This document shows positions 48,029 through 60,047 of a stretch of 64,000 nt of DNA, one piece after another. Location of the stretch: contig CAVTNR010000009.1 of assembly GCA_963736115.1 (NCBI GenBank), forward strand, positions 96,001-160,000, read 5' to 3'. The DNA comes from an uncultured bacterium (GTDB taxonomy: Bacteria > Zhuqueibacterota > QNDG01 > DTFT01). The notes under the pieces were generated by a model that did no database searches, was not told the origin of the DNA, and saw only the letters and a program-made list of their open reading frames with translations. The translations under genes and the position numbers were made by a program. Every line of letters begins with the position of its first letter. The first letter of the stretch is position 1.

Positions 48029-49268
48029 GCCGCCGCCTTTCTCCTGAGCAGGAAGAAAGACAGGACCAGGAAAAACCATGCGATCAGGGAGAGAAAAAGG
48101 AAGGGATGGAAGAGGGCCACCGGACCCGAATGCTGCAGAAGGATTCCCTGCAGGCCTTTGACGCCCCAATAAACCGGAGACACGAACGCCGCCTTCTGCA
48201 GGAATTCTGGAAGATTCCGAATCGGGAGCATGGATCCGCCCAGCATGCTGAAGGTGATGATGACAGCCGGAGAGAAAGCCTGGGCTTGCGACAGGGTCCG
48301 GGTCAGGCCCTGTATCATGAAAACCACTCCCGTGAGCGCGGCCACCATCACCACGGAGAACGGGAGGAACAGAAGGAGCTGGCCGGCATCCATCCGGACG
48401 CCGAACAGGACGGCGGCCCCGGTCCACACCAGAGCATGGGCCACAAGCCCGCTGAGAAAAACAAACAGGATCTTGGCCCCGACCAGCGACGAGAGAGAAG
48501 CCGGACCGGCGCGGAGCCGGAGCAGGGTTTTCTTCTGACGCTCCTCATGGATGTCCCGGGACAGCACGTCGAGTATGAACAAAAGACACATGACCGACAG
48601 ACCGGACAGAATGTCCGCGTAGATGTCGTAGGAATCGGACCCGGTTTTTCGCGGCGCCGCGGATCGGAAATTCAGTCCGATTTTCGGAGGGATGAGGTAA
48701 TCCGAAACCCGGTCCACGAGCCGGCTGAACTGCACAGCCACGGCCGCAACCTCCCAGTCCGAAGGACTTTCCTTCCGCTCCGACTGGACGCGGATGTTCT
48801 CCAGGGGAGCCCCGGCGATCCGAACGAATCGGTCCCCGGCCTCGGCGAACAGGCGGACCGTCTCCTCCGCGATCTTTGGGCCGAACGATTCGGACGGGTT
48901 CTTGACCAGAAGCAGTTCGGTCGGCCGCCGGTTCAACAGGGAGTCGCCGAATCCGGCCGGGACGATCAGCAGCGCGGACGCTTTCCCCTGATCCATGAGG
49001 GCGCGTCCGGTGTCACCCTGCACGGGCCGGACATCGAACAGGTTGGCCAGCTCGCCCTGACTGAAGGCGGTTTTCAGCATTTTCGACGCGATGCTCCCGT
49101 CCCTGTCATCGAACAGAAGCCCGATTCGGATCTGCCTTTCCTCGCCTCCGGACGGCCCGAACGCGAGACCGATCAGCAGGGCGAATAGAAGCGGCATGAC
49201 GAGCAGCAGTACGAATCCGCCCGGATTCCGCATCCGCCGGAGCATGTCCTTATGAAGCAGCCGGCCGA

Positions 49269-49272
<4 letters not shown>
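48019..49272 (-). CDS. ABC-2 family exporter permease
   Basis: Same architecture; EERQKKTLLRL, LGGSMLP..LP. Confidence 0.88.
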
Positions 49273-50195
<923 letters not shown>

Positions 50196-50351
50196 GCGGA
50201 CCCCGGGAGAATGCGTTCGAATGTTCAAGCGTGTCAACGTGTTAACGCGCCAATGTGTATGTATACGTCCCCCCGGCCATGGGGTTGCCTGAAAATGGAC
50301 CAGGCGCCCCGGTCCGGGACGCCTGGCAGGCTTAAGCGGATAACCGGCTGT

Positions 50352-50885
50352 TCAGTTGCCGTGCCGCACGGACCGGGCCAGGCCGGTCAGCATGCGGGCC
50401 ACCTCGTCCACGGCCATCAGAATCTCCTCGGGTTCCTTCAGGAAGCCGAGATCCCGGGACAGAATCAGGTAGTATTTCAGCTCCTCGATGGCGTCCTGGC
50501 TCATGCGGTACGAGACTTCCTTGTCACGGGGATGCCGGCGCATGAAACCCTCGGCGATTTTCGCGGGGATGACCGTTGCGGTCCCGCGGATATTGCGCGC
50601 CATTTCCTCCCGCTCTTCCTTGGGGAATTTCCGTGTGAGCGCGAACACCTCCAGCGCGAGCTTGTGCGCCTTCTGCCAGACGTTCAATTGCTGGAAATCG
50701 GTAAGCTTCTCGGCTGGCACCGAGGATTCGTTCCGGTGATCGTTCCGATGATCGTCCCGGCGGTCGTTCCGATGCTCTTGCCTGCGATCATTCCGATGTT
50801 CGTTCCTGTGTTCGTTCCTGTGTTCGTTCCTGTTTTCATTCCTGTCCGGTACCGGGGCCTGGGACTCTTTGGTGAATATGGACAT
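50352..50885 (-). CDS. Four helix bundle protein (TIGR02436 / 23S rRNA IVP / Avd-like) with N-terminal repeat extension
   Basis: F..L.VWQKAH.L...VF.LT.KFP.EE, IAEGF.R, YYLILSRDLGFL; AAGGA RBS. Confidence 0.9.
   Translation of the reverse strand: MSIFTKESQAPVPDRNENRNEHRNEHRNEHRNDRRQEHRNDRRDDHRNDHRNESSVPAEKLTDFQQLNVWQKAHKLALEVFALTRKFPKEEREEMARNIRGTATVIPAKIAEGFMRRHPRDKEVSYRMSQDAIEELKYYLILSRDLGFLKEPEEILMAVDEVARMLTGLARSVRHGN
50728..50847 (-). repeat. Ten 12-bp tandem units encoding (H/R/N/D)R(N/D/Q)(E/D)
   Basis: Plus-strand units tcgttccggtga, tcgttccgatga, ... tcgttcctgtgt x2, tcattcctgtcc. Confidence 0.85.
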
Positions 50886-51014
50886 TGCATTTCCTTTCGT
50901 TCGTTTTAAACGGCTTCAGTTGCGGCGGCCTGGAACGGCCCGCGTAAAGACCGCGGATCAGAACCAGCCCGCACGGCGCCGGGACTCCGCCGGAAGAGCC
51001 CGGGATTCCGTTTT

Positions 51015-52196
51015 TCACTCGTACTGTTTTCCCACCCTTTGGTACGCCTCGCGGAAAGGCACGCCCTGCTTCACGAGCGCGTACACCCGCTCCGTGGCGA
51101 AGACCTCCTCCGTGAGCGCTTTCGCGCAGGCCGCTTCGTCCACCTCCAGGCCGGACACCAGTTTCGCCAGAATGGCCAGCGACGCGGCCGCCGCGTCCAG
51201 CGCCTCCATGAGCGGCTTCTTGGTGAGCTGGAGGTCGCGGTGGTAGCCGGAGATCAGGCCGGCCGTGGTCGTCTGAAGCTGGATCTCGCAGGCGAGAACG
51301 GCATGGTACTTCGCGCGCACCAGCTCCAGAACGTCCGGGTTTTTCTTCTGCGGCATGATGGAACTGCCGGTGCAGAAGGCCTCGGGCAGACGGACAAATC
51401 CCGCGTCCGGCATGGAGAAAAAGATGAGGTCGGACGACAGGCGGTTCGCGTCCAGCATGAAGAGCGCCGATGCGTGGACGAGCGTCGATTCGAATTTGCC
51501 TCGGCTCAGTTGAACGGCGATCGGATTCTCCTGCACGGCCGAAAATCCCGCCTCCTTCGCCGCGAAGGACCGGTCCACGTCGAGCGGCACGCCGTATCCC
51601 GCGCCCGTACCGAGCGGCGACTGGTCCATGCGGCCCTGGATGAAATCGAGAAGCCGGGCGTCCTCCTCCAGCGCCTCGGCATATCCGCCGGCCCACAGCC
51701 CGATCGAAGAGGGCATGGCCTTGCGCGTGTGTGTGTAACCGGGAATGCGCACCGCGCCGGAGCGGCCGGACAGGTCCTTCAGCGCCGCGGTCAGGGCGTC
51801 CGCGGCCTTTCGGATCCGGCCGGCCTCATCGATACAGAACAGGCGCAGGGCCGCCAGCACCTGGTCGTTCCGCGACCGGCCGGTGTGGATTTTCTTCCCG
51901 AGCTCGCCGAGCTTTTCCGTGAGCCGGTTCTCGATGGCGGTGTGGCAGTCCTCCATCTCCCTCGGAATCTCGAATCGGCCCTCCTTCGCCAGACGGGCAA
52001 TGGCTTCCAGCTCCTCCGTGAGACGGCGCGCCTCTTCGGCCTGGAGCACGCCGATGCGGCCGAGCATTTTCGCGTGGCCCGCCGAAGCCGCGCAGTCGTA
52101 CGGGACCAGCCGCAGGTCCAGCACGGGATCATCGCCCGCCGTGAAGGCTTCGACGTCCGGGTCCGTTTTCGTCTTTTTCTGCCAGAGTTTCACCAT
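51015..52196 (-). CDS. argH: Argininosuccinate lyase (short form, 393 aa)
   Basis: MVKLW, EDCH, HTGRSRNDQ, PGYTH, TGSSIMPQKKNPD, GYHRDLQ, GVPFREAY. Confidence 0.95.
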   Translation of the reverse strand: MVKLWQKKTKTDPDVEAFTAGDDPVLDLRLVPYDCAASAGHAKMLGRIGVLQAEEARRLTEELEAIARLAKEGRFEIPREMEDCHTAIENRLTEKLGELGKKIHTGRSRNDQVLAALRLFCIDEAGRIRKAADALTAALKDLSGRSGAVRIPGYTHTRKAMPSSIGLWAGGYAEALEEDARLLDFIQGRMDQSPLGTGAGYGVPLDVDRSFAAKEAGFSAVQENPIAVQLSRGKFESTLVHASALFMLDANRLSSDLIFFSMPDAGFVRLPEAFCTGSSIMPQKKNPDVLELVRAKYHAVLACEIQLQTTTAGLISGYHRDLQLTKKPLMEALDAAAASLAILAKLVSGLEVDEAACAKALTEEVFATERVYALVKQGVPFREAYQRVGKQYE

Positions 52197-54439
52197 GCGG
52201 TCCTCAGGGTCAGGGAGAAGGCGCGGATCGGTTCCAGCATCCGCTCGCGAAGCGTATACATGTAATTGCCCATGTTGGTGCACTCGATCACGAGGTCGGT
52301 CCGGCCCAAGTCGAGCCCGACACGGCCGTCCACGACCCTCACCGGCACGCGTTCGTCCGCGTTGTAGAGCAGGGTCTCCTCGATCCGGCTCGCAAGGCGG
52401 GCGTCCAGGCCGAAAGTCAGCCTGCCGGTCCTCCATTCCGCGCCCGCGTTCAATCGGTGTTTCGAGCGGTACCGCAGTGGACGTCCTGTCCCGCGATCCC
52501 GGGAGTCGACAAAGGTGTATCCCGCCTGCCCGGACAGCCGGCCGTTCCACAGCGACGCCCGGCCGCGCGCTTCGAATCCCTGCGTGAACGCGCTTCCGAT
52601 GTTGAGAAACTGGATGTCCTGACTGCCGGGCTTCAGCCCGACTTCGATCATGTCCCGGTAATCGCTCCTGAATACCGCGGCATCGAGCAGGAGCACGGGA
52701 TGCGGCCCGTCCAGTGCCTGAAACAAGCGGCTCAGGTCCACCGTACGGCCCGCGCCGATCTCGGCGCTCCAGGCCCGCTCGGCTTTGCGCAGATCGAGAT
52801 TCGGGCTCACGTGAAAGCCCGACACCGTGATGTCCGCGAACACCTCGGCAATGGACGGCGCCCGGAACCCCCGGCCGAATGACGCGCGCAGGGCCGTTTC
52901 CCCGGTGGGCCTGAAGACCAGTCCGAGCCGCGGGCTGAGCTGGCCGTCCGAATACACACCCCGGACACGGTGAAAATCGTAACGCAGACCGGCCGTCAGT
53001 GTCGCACGCTCCGCGAATCGCAGGCCGTCCTCGCCGTACACCGCGAGATCGAGCGTCTCCGGACTCCCGTAAATGTCCGATTCCGCCCGGTTGTGCGCCG
53101 CTTCGGCGCCGAAGGTGGCCGCGTGCCTGCCCCACAACGCGTCGAACTGCGCCTCCGCGCCGGTCTTGTCCGTCCGGGCTTCGTCCTGGTTGTCCTGGTA
53201 ATCGTTCTTCCAGTGCGTGCGGTACCAGTTCGCCTTCAGGGTATAGGCCAGAGACGGGTTCAGGATGTGCCGGTACGTGGCGGTCGCGTTCGACTTTTTG
53301 TAACGGATGGAGTTGCCGGTCTCGGACGGGGGCACTTCGAGAGGCCGGCTCTGGCTCAGCCACTGGGTCACCTCGCCGTGGTCGTTGTCCGTATAGCCGG
53401 CTGAAAAGTTCAGCGTGCCCCGCTCCGAGGTGCGCGCCTTGACTTTCGCGCCCGCGTTCCACCGTTCAACCCATCCGTTCCGGCCGAAGCCGGTTCCGCC
53501 CTTGCGGCCGGCCGTGACCGACAGGCCCACCGGGCCGACGGTGCGGCTGTGCGAAACGTCCAGGCCGGCAAAACCCAGCGGGTTCCTGAGATCGAGCTCC
53601 CCCCGGTCGAAGATGCGGTAGGTCAGAAACCGGTCCGTCCAGCGCCAGGCGTCATAGGCCGGCATGTCATGGAACCCGGCCGTCATCCGGACGCGCGTTT
53701 CGGGCCCGGCCGACGGGTCGCGCGTGATGACATTCACCATGCCGGCCAGCGCGTTCGAACCGTACAGCGCGGACCCGGCGCCCTTCACCACCTCCACGCG
53801 CTCCACTTCCTCGATCGGTATCGCGTCCCAGTTGATGCCGCCGGTGTCGCCGTTGATCAGGGGATGTCCATCGACCAGCAGGAGCACGCGGCTGCCGGCC
53901 GCGTAATTGAATCCCGTGGATCCGCGCAGGTCGATCTGGCCGTCCGTCACGCCCATGCCGGCCGTGTTCTCCAGTACCTTGTCCAGCGTGACCGCGTTCC
54001 GCGACCGGATTTCCGTTTCTCCGACCACGTCCACGGTCACGGGCGCGTCCTCGATGGCCTGCTTCCGCTTTGAGGCCGTGACGATCTCAGTCGGTCTGCG
54101 GATCATCGTCTGCTTCAGCCGGAGCGTCACCTCCGTCGTCGCGCCCGCGGCGACCTCCAGTCCGGCCGCGGTCCGCTTCTCGTATCCCATAAGCGAGGCT
54201 TCGACGTCGCGGCGGCCGGAGGGTACGGCCGTCACTTCAAATCGACCCGCCTCGTCCGTCACAGCGCCGAGCCAGGTTCCCTTCACCATGACGTTGACGC
54301 CCCACAGCGGCCGGCCGGTCGCTTCGTCCACAACGCGTCCCTCCAGCCGGCCGCGGTCCTGGCCGGCTCCGGTTCCGCAGAGGGAAAGCAGGAACACGCA
54401 TGCGGCCGCAGTCGCCGCCCAGGCGGGGCGGCGCCTCAT
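52190..54439 (-). CDS. TonB-dependent receptor with CarboxypepD-reg-like N-domain
   Basis: GRVVDEATG.PL.GVNV, VTASK, plug ERVEVVKGAGSALYG, GLRYD, SPRLG, GFRAPS, terminal W. Confidence 0.92.
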   Translation of the reverse strand: MRRRPAWAATAAACVFLLSLCGTGAGQDRGRLEGRVVDEATGRPLWGVNVMVKGTWLGAVTDEAGRFEVTAVPSGRRDVEASLMGYEKRTAAGLEVAAGATTEVTLRLKQTMIRRPTEIVTASKRKQAIEDAPVTVDVVGETEIRSRNAVTLDKVLENTAGMGVTDGQIDLRGSTGFNYAAGSRVLLLVDGHPLINGDTGGINWDAIPIEEVERVEVVKGAGSALYGSNALAGMVNVITRDPSAGPETRVRMTAGFHDMPAYDAWRWTDRFLTYRIFDRGELDLRNPLGFAGLDVSHSRTVGPVGLSVTAGRKGGTGFGRNGWVERWNAGAKVKARTSERGTLNFSAGYTDNDHGEVTQWLSQSRPLEVPPSETGNSIRYKKSNATATYRHILNPSLAYTLKANWYRTHWKNDYQDNQDEARTDKTGAEAQFDALWGRHAATFGAEAAHNRAESDIYGSPETLDLAVYGEDGLRFAERATLTAGLRYDFHRVRGVYSDGQLSPRLGLVFRPTGETALRASFGRGFRAPSIAEVFADITVSGFHVSPNLDLRKAERAWSAEIGAGRTVDLSRLFQALDGPHPVLLLDAAVFRSDYRDMIEVGLKPGSQDIQFLNIGSAFTQGFEARGRASLWNGRLSGQAGYTFVDSRDRGTGRPLRYRSKHRLNAGAEWRTGRLTFGLDARLASRIEETLLYNADERVPVRVVDGRVGLDLGRTDLVIECTNMGNYMYTLRERMLEPIRAFSLTLRTAW

Positions 54440-54969
54440 CTCTTCCTCCCCCGCCTGAAGAACGGCAGCTCCCTGCCGACATTGGCGAAATCGGCCGAGA
54501 TGTTGATGCGGTCATAGGTTACGCCGTCGATGATCTCCACGGGGGAGGGCCGGGTCTGCAGATCCGGGTTCCGGTAATAGGCGCCCAGTTCCTTGACGCC
54601 GTAGAGATAATCAGGCGTGTCCGGGAACCAGATGACGAACACCCATTCGTAAGTGCCGGGTTCGAGCCGGACATGATAATCATACGAATCGGCATTCCGG
54701 GGTATGGTGTCGCAGAGCTGGATGCCGCCGCTGAGAAAATTCTGCAGAACGAAAGCGATCAGGCCGTCGCGGTCCGTGATGCCTTCCGGGTACGTCTTGG
54801 AAACGACGAGCACGACGTCCCGCGTCGAGTCGGGCCATGCGCCCGTGAAGGTGATGCGGCCCCGCAGACCCGAACCCGGCTCCGAGGCGGCCGGAGACAG
54901 GCCGTGATCCGCGCAGGAAAGCGCGGCCAGGCCTGCAAGAAGGAACAAAAACCGGGGAACGGATCTCAA
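54436..54969 (-). CDS. Hypothetical lipoprotein
   Basis: Lipobox ALSC, DHGL.P, G.ITF.G.WP; overlaps both neighbours. Confidence 0.7.
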   Translation of the reverse strand: MRSVPRFLFLLAGLAALSCADHGLSPAASEPGSGLRGRITFTGAWPDSTRDVVLVVSKTYPEGITDRDGLIAFVLQNFLSGGIQLCDTIPRNADSYDYHVRLEPGTYEWVFVIWFPDTPDYLYGVKELGAYYRNPDLQTRPSPVEIIDGVTYDRINISADFANVGRELPFFRRGRKR

Positions 54970-55472
54970 CGCTTCCTCCGGCCGGAGGGAGCGGGTTGTT
55001 TTTTCAGGATGGACGCGGCGATCAGGCCGCCGCTTGTGGCGAAAATGGAATTGATGATAAAGCTCGAAATCAAGCCGAGCACGACCATAAAGGGACTGAA
55101 TTCCCCGGCGGAGCGGATCATTTCCATGGAATCCGTGAGTTCCTCCGGCATGTCCTTCATATTGTTCAGCAGCTCATCCAGCATGTGCGTGGAGAAATCG
55201 AGGCCGATCAGAGCGAAGAAATACTGCAGGAATCCGCCGAACAGGGCGCCGAAAGCGCCGGCCAGAAAACCGGTCAAAGCGCCTTCCGACGAGGTCAGGT
55301 TCCCTCCGGGGGGAAGCGACCGCCGGAACATCCAGGCCGCGAGAAACCCGCCGAGTACGACCCAAAGACAGCACAGGCAATTGCCGAGATTCAGCAGGGG
55401 CGTGCGGGAAAAGAAAGCGATGAATGCGCCGCCGGCCAGGGCCGGAATCAGTTTGCCGGGCTTTTCTTGCAT
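54966..55472 (-). CDS. Hypothetical 4-TM membrane protein (DUF4199-like)
   Basis: PALAGG, NCLCCLW, GALTGFLAG, GGLIA. Confidence 0.7.
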   Translation of the reverse strand: MQEKPGKLIPALAGGAFIAFFSRTPLLNLGNCLCCLWVVLGGFLAAWMFRRSLPPGGNLTSSEGALTGFLAGAFGALFGGFLQYFFALIGLDFSTHMLDELLNNMKDMPEELTDSMEMIRSAGEFSPFMVVLGLISSFIINSIFATSGGLIAASILKKQPAPSGRRKR

Positions 55473-55954
55473 GTCACTCCTCTCAGGTGCGGGCCGCCGG
55501 TGACGAGATCAAACACAGCAGGCAGAAGATAAAAGGGAACCGCCGCCCCGGCCGCGAATCCGGTGAGCATTCTCAGGCTGTTGGACGATTCGAAGAGCCC
55601 CAGGTGGGACAGGATAAAATCCAGAGCCGCGGGCGCCAGGCAGGCCGCGAACAGGGCCGGTTTGGGCGTCCCCGGGTTCAGACGCTTCCGAAGGAGAAAC
55701 CAGGCGGTCGTGCCTGCCGCGTATCCGGCGTAAACCCCGTAGCACCTGGCGCATACGGCCATGGGTTCGCCGAACAGGAAGAAGGACCGTTCCGGGATCT
55801 GGTGGCAGGCATTCGCGTATCCGAACCGGACGCAGGCCGGGATGAAATCCGAACCCAGTCCGAGACCGTTCCATACGGCCGGGACCAGGGGAAACAGCAA
55901 ACCGGCCAGAGCCGCGGCCCACGCGAGAACCGCGAAAAGTCCTCTTTTCTCCAT
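55448..55954 (-). CDS. DUF2085 family membrane protein
   Basis: CHQIPERSF, VCARCYGVY, N.LR.LTG. Confidence 0.85.
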   Translation of the reverse strand: MEKRGLFAVLAWAAALAGLLFPLVPAVWNGLGLGSDFIPACVRFGYANACHQIPERSFFLFGEPMAVCARCYGVYAGYAAGTTAWFLLRKRLNPGTPKPALFAACLAPAALDFILSHLGLFESSNSLRMLTGFAAGAAVPFYLLPAVFDLVTGGPHLRGVTCKKSPAN

Positions 55955-55961
55955 GGTTTGT

Positions 55962-55990
55962 AATATGTCAACAATCCGGAAAAAAGTCAA
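55962..55990 (-). promoter_or_regulatory. sigma70 promoter positioned for a leaderless DUF2085 mRNA
   Basis: TTGACT-N17-CATATT, then 7 nt to the ATG at 55954; no SD. Confidence 0.55.
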
Positions 55991-56307
55991 ATGGTTTATC
56001 TGAGGGCCGGCATTCCCGTGGTAAATCCGGGGAGCCGGGAACCATCCGGTTTTCCGAAAGCACAGCCTGCAAACACGCATGGCGGGGTTGGATAATGGGC
56101 CTTAAAAAATACTCAAATCGCGGATGAAAGCATGAACCTCCAGATCAAAAAAAAATAGCTAATCCAATAAATATATATATTTGTACGCCAACGCGCCATG
56201 AAACATGATACTTCATATTTTTCTCTACTGCTATGGATAAATTGGCTCAATAATTCGCTGAAAATCCTCGTTTTTGTGTAAAACTAGTGTAAAAACCCAC
56301 CTTTTCA

Positions 56308-56336
56308 TTGACATTTTACCGTTTATCCTTTATATT
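56308..56336 (+). promoter_or_regulatory. sigma70 promoter of efp operon
   Basis: TTGACA-N17-TATATT. Confidence 0.7.
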
Positions 56337-56381
56337 GGCTGGTCTATTCCCTGAAGCAACCTTCTCTGACGAAAGGAAATT

Positions 56382-56942
56382 ATGGTTTCCACCTCTGAAT
56401 TCCGCAACGGTCTGGTGATGCTTCTGGAAGGCGATCTGTACACCATGGTCGAATTCCAGCATGTTAAACCCGGCAAGGGCGGGGCCTTTGTCCGGACGCG
56501 CATTAAAAACATCAAGACCGGCCGGGTGCTCGACAAGACTTTCCGCTCGGGCGACAAGGTTGAGGACGTACGGCTTGAAACGAAGACATTCCAGTTCCTC
56601 TATAAAAGCGACCAGGACTACGCGTTCATGGATACCAGCTCCTATGACCAGATCACGCTGAGCGCGGAAGTGGTCGGAGACGGGCACGTGTACATGAAGG
56701 AAAACCTCGAGGTTGAAGTCGTGTACCATGGCGACACGGCCATCGGCGTGAATATCCCCAATTTCGTGGATCTCAAGATCGTGACAACCGATCCCGGCCT
56801 CAAGGGCGACACGGTTTCGGGCGCCACAAAGCCGGCAACCGTCGAATCGGGCGCCGTCGTTCAGGTTCCGCTCTTCCTTTCGGAAGGGACGGTCATCAAA
56901 GTCGACACCCGCACCGGCATTTACGTGGAGCGGGTGAAATAA
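56382..56942 (+). CDS. efp: Elongation factor P
   Basis: [32 protein letters not shown]. Confidence 0.97.
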   Translation: MVSTSEFRNGLVMLLEGDLYTMVEFQHVKPGKGGAFVRTRIKNIKTGRVLDKTFRSGDKVEDVRLETKTFQFLYKSDQDYAFMDTSSYDQITLSAEVVGDGHVYMKENLEVEVVYHGDTAIGVNIPNFVDLKIVTTDPGLKGDTVSGATKPATVESGAVVQVPLFLSEGTVIKVDTRTGIYVERVK

Positions 56943-56965
56943 CCCTGACTTTCGGGGGACCGATC

Positions 56966-57457
<492 letters not shown>

Positions 57458-57468
57458 GGCCCCCGGCC

Positions 57469-58833
57469 ATGCGCAAGATTCTGATCGCCAACCGCGGCGA
57501 GATCGCCCTGCGGATCATCCGCACCTGCAAGGAACTCGGCATCTCGACCGTGGCCGTGTATTCCGAAGCGGACCGCGACTGCCTCCACACCCGGTTCGCG
57601 GACGAGGCCGTGTGCATCGGCCCGCCCGCGCCCAGCCAGAGCTACCTGAAAATTCCCGGCATCATCAGCGCGGCCGAAATCACCAGCGCCGACGCCATCC
57701 ATCCCGGCTACGGCTTTCTCGCCGAGAACGCCGAATTCGCCGAGATCTGCGAATCCTCCGGATTCCGGTTCATCGGCCCGACCGCGGACATGATCATGCG
57801 CATGGGCGATAAGATCTACGCCAAGAACATGATGCGAAAAGCGGGCGTGCCCGTGATTCCCGGAAGCGACGGCGACGTATCGGACGAGCGGGAGGCCGTC
57901 GGGCTGGCGAAGGAAATCGGGTATCCGGTCATTCTCAAGGCGGCGGCCGGCGGCGGCGGCCGCGGCATGCGCATCGTGCGGGAGGAGAAGGAAATCGCCG
58001 CGGCTTTCGCGACTGCGTCCGCCGAAGCCCAGGCCGGATTCGGCAACCCGACCCTGTACATGGAAAAGTATTTCGAGAGCCCACGCCACGTCGAGGTCCA
58101 GCTGATCGGCGACGGCAAAGGCGAAGTCATCGCGCTGGGCGAGCGGGAATGCTCCATCCAGCGGAAGCACCAGAAACTCATCGAGGAATCGCCCTCCCCG
58201 GCCGTGGACGCGGCTTTGCGGAAGCGCATGACGGCCGCCGCGGTGAAAGGCGCCCGCGCGGTCAACTACCGCAGCGCGGGCACCATCGAATTTCTCCTGG
58301 ACGCGGACGGCAAATTCTACTTCATGGAAATGAACACCCGCATCCAGGTGGAGCACCCGGTCACGGAGATGGTCTACGGCGTGGACCTCGTGAAGGAGCA
58401 GATTCTCATCGCGTCGGGGGAGGATTTCAAGCATATCCATCCGGAGATCGAACCCCGCGGCCACGCCATCGAGTGCCGGATCAACGCGGAAGACCCGTAC
58501 AAAGCCTTCAGGCCCTCGCCCGGAAAAATCACCAGTTTCCACGTGCCCGGCGGTATGGGCGTCCGCGTCGACACGCACGCCTATGCCGGATATGTCATCC
58601 CCCCCTATTACGACTCGCTCATCGCCAAGCTCATCGCCCACGGCCACGACCGGCCGGAAGCCCTCCGCCGCATGATGCGGGCCCTGGATGAATTCATCGT
58701 GGAGGGCGTGCCCACCACCATCCCGTTCCAAAAGCAAGTCATGACGGACGACCGGTTCAACCGGGGGGACTTCAACACGCATTTTCTCGAACACTTCAAG
58801 CTGGTCGAAGACACGCACGAAAAACCCCGCTGA
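57469..58833 (+). CDS. accC: Biotin carboxylase
   Basis: [48 protein letters not shown]. Confidence 0.97.
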   Translation: MRKILIANRGEIALRIIRTCKELGISTVAVYSEADRDCLHTRFADEAVCIGPPAPSQSYLKIPGIISAAEITSADAIHPGYGFLAENAEFAEICESSGFRFIGPTADMIMRMGDKIYAKNMMRKAGVPVIPGSDGDVSDEREAVGLAKEIGYPVILKAAAGGGGRGMRIVREEKEIAAAFATASAEAQAGFGNPTLYMEKYFESPRHVEVQLIGDGKGEVIALGERECSIQRKHQKLIEESPSPAVDAALRKRMTAAAVKGARAVNYRSAGTIEFLLDADGKFYFMEMNTRIQVEHPVTEMVYGVDLVKEQILIASGEDFKHIHPEIEPRGHAIECRINAEDPYKAFRPSPGKITSFHVPGGMGVRVDTHAYAGYVIPPYYDSLIAKLIAHGHDRPEALRRMMRALDEFIVEGVPTTIPFQKQVMTDDRFNRGDFNTHFLEHFKLVEDTHEKPR

Positions 58834-58885
58834 AGACGCGGCAGCCGCCCGTCCAGCCTGTCTGACCCTATTGAAGGATGATCGC

Positions 58886-59263
58886 ATGAACATACCCGAA
58901 AACCTCCGCTACACCAAGGAACACGAGTGGGCCCGCCTCGAAGGCGGCGACGCGGTGGTCGGCATCACCGACTACGCCCAGTCCGAGCTTGGGGACATTG
59001 TCTTCGTCGAACTGCCGGCCCCCGGCAAAAAAACCGAACCGGGGAAATCGTGCGCCTCGATCGAGGCGGTCAAGGCGGTCTCGGACCTGTTCGCCCCGCT
59101 TTCAGGGGAAGTGATCGAAGTGAACAAGGATCTCGAAACCGCACCTCAACTGGTGAACCAGGATCCGTACGGAAAGGGCTGGATCCTGAAAATCCGGTTG
59201 TCCGACAAGGCCGAATGGGATGGCCTGATGCAGGCCGTTGAATACCAAAAACTGATCGGCTGA
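58886..59263 (+). CDS. gcvH: Glycine cleavage system H protein
   Basis: YTKEHEW, GITDYAQ.ELGDIVFV, EAVKAVSD (lipoyl Lys), NQDPYGKGW. Confidence 0.95.
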   Translation: MNIPENLRYTKEHEWARLEGGDAVVGITDYAQSELGDIVFVELPAPGKKTEPGKSCASIEAVKAVSDLFAPLSGEVIEVNKDLETAPQLVNQDPYGKGWILKIRLSDKAEWDGLMQAVEYQKLIG

Positions 59264-59426
59264 CCGGCCCGTCCGGACGGCTGGCGCGGGCCGTCTCGAG
59301 TCCGGTCCCCGGCCCGTGCGGGAGACCGCGGAGCGCCTACCAGGCGCCGGCCGCAGGCCGCCGCAGGCTCCGCTCCGGAGTCTCACTGGAAGCGACGTGC
59401 CGGAAACGGCGTTTTTCCCTGGAACC

Positions 59427-60047
59427 ATGACCGACGTCATCCAAATTCATCCGGACAATCCCCAGAATCGGCTGATCGTCCGATGCGTTGACGTGATCCG
59501 CGAGGGCGGCGTCGTTGCGTATCCAACGGACTCGGGTTATGCGCTGGGCTGTCACCTCGGGGACAAATCGGCCCATGACCGGATCTGCCAGATCCGCCAG
59601 GTGGACGCCCATCACAACTTCACGCTTCTGTGCCGCGATCTGTCCGAGGTCTCATTATATGCGGTGTTTGACACGCCCGTGTACCGCCTGCTCAAGGCCC
59701 ATACGCCGGGACAGTACACGTTCATCCTCCAGGCCACCCGCGAAGTGCCCCGCAGGTGCATCCACCCCAAGCGGAAAACCATCGGACTTCGCGTGCCCAC
59801 CCACCGCATCGCACGGGACATTCTCGGGACGCTCAACGAACCCATGCTGACGACCACGCTCATTCTGCCCCCGGACGAGGATCCGCTCGCGGATCCGGAC
59901 GAAATCCTCCGCCGTCTCGACGGCCGGGTGGACCTGATCGTCGACGGCGGATGGACCGGATCGAGGCCCACCACTGTCGTGAACCTCATGGAATTTCCCT
60001 ATCGCGTCCTCCGCCGCGGAGAGGGCGACCCAACGGATTTCGAATAA
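59427..60047 (+). CDS. Sua5/YciO/YrdC family protein (YciO-like)
   Basis: IHPDNPQ.RLI, YPTDSGYALGC, HNFTL.C, KRKTIGLRVP. Confidence 0.9.
   Translation: MTDVIQIHPDNPQNRLIVRCVDVIREGGVVAYPTDSGYALGCHLGDKSAHDRICQIRQVDAHHNFTLLCRDLSEVSLYAVFDTPVYRLLKAHTPGQYTFILQATREVPRRCIHPKRKTIGLRVPTHRIARDILGTLNEPMLTTTLILPPDEDPLADPDEILRRLDGRVDLIVDGGWTGSRPTTVVNLMEFPYRVLRRGEGDPTDFE

Noticed and set aside
50352-50885. Diversity-generating retroelement suggested by the Avd-like protein
   Set aside because: No reverse transcriptase and no template/variable repeat pair seen in the window.
59264-59426. Structured GC-rich spacer after gcvH with GGGAGA...GTCTC resembling a glycine riboswitch
   Set aside because: Lacks the GCCGAAG and CTCTCAGG cores and lies downstream, not upstream, of gcvH.
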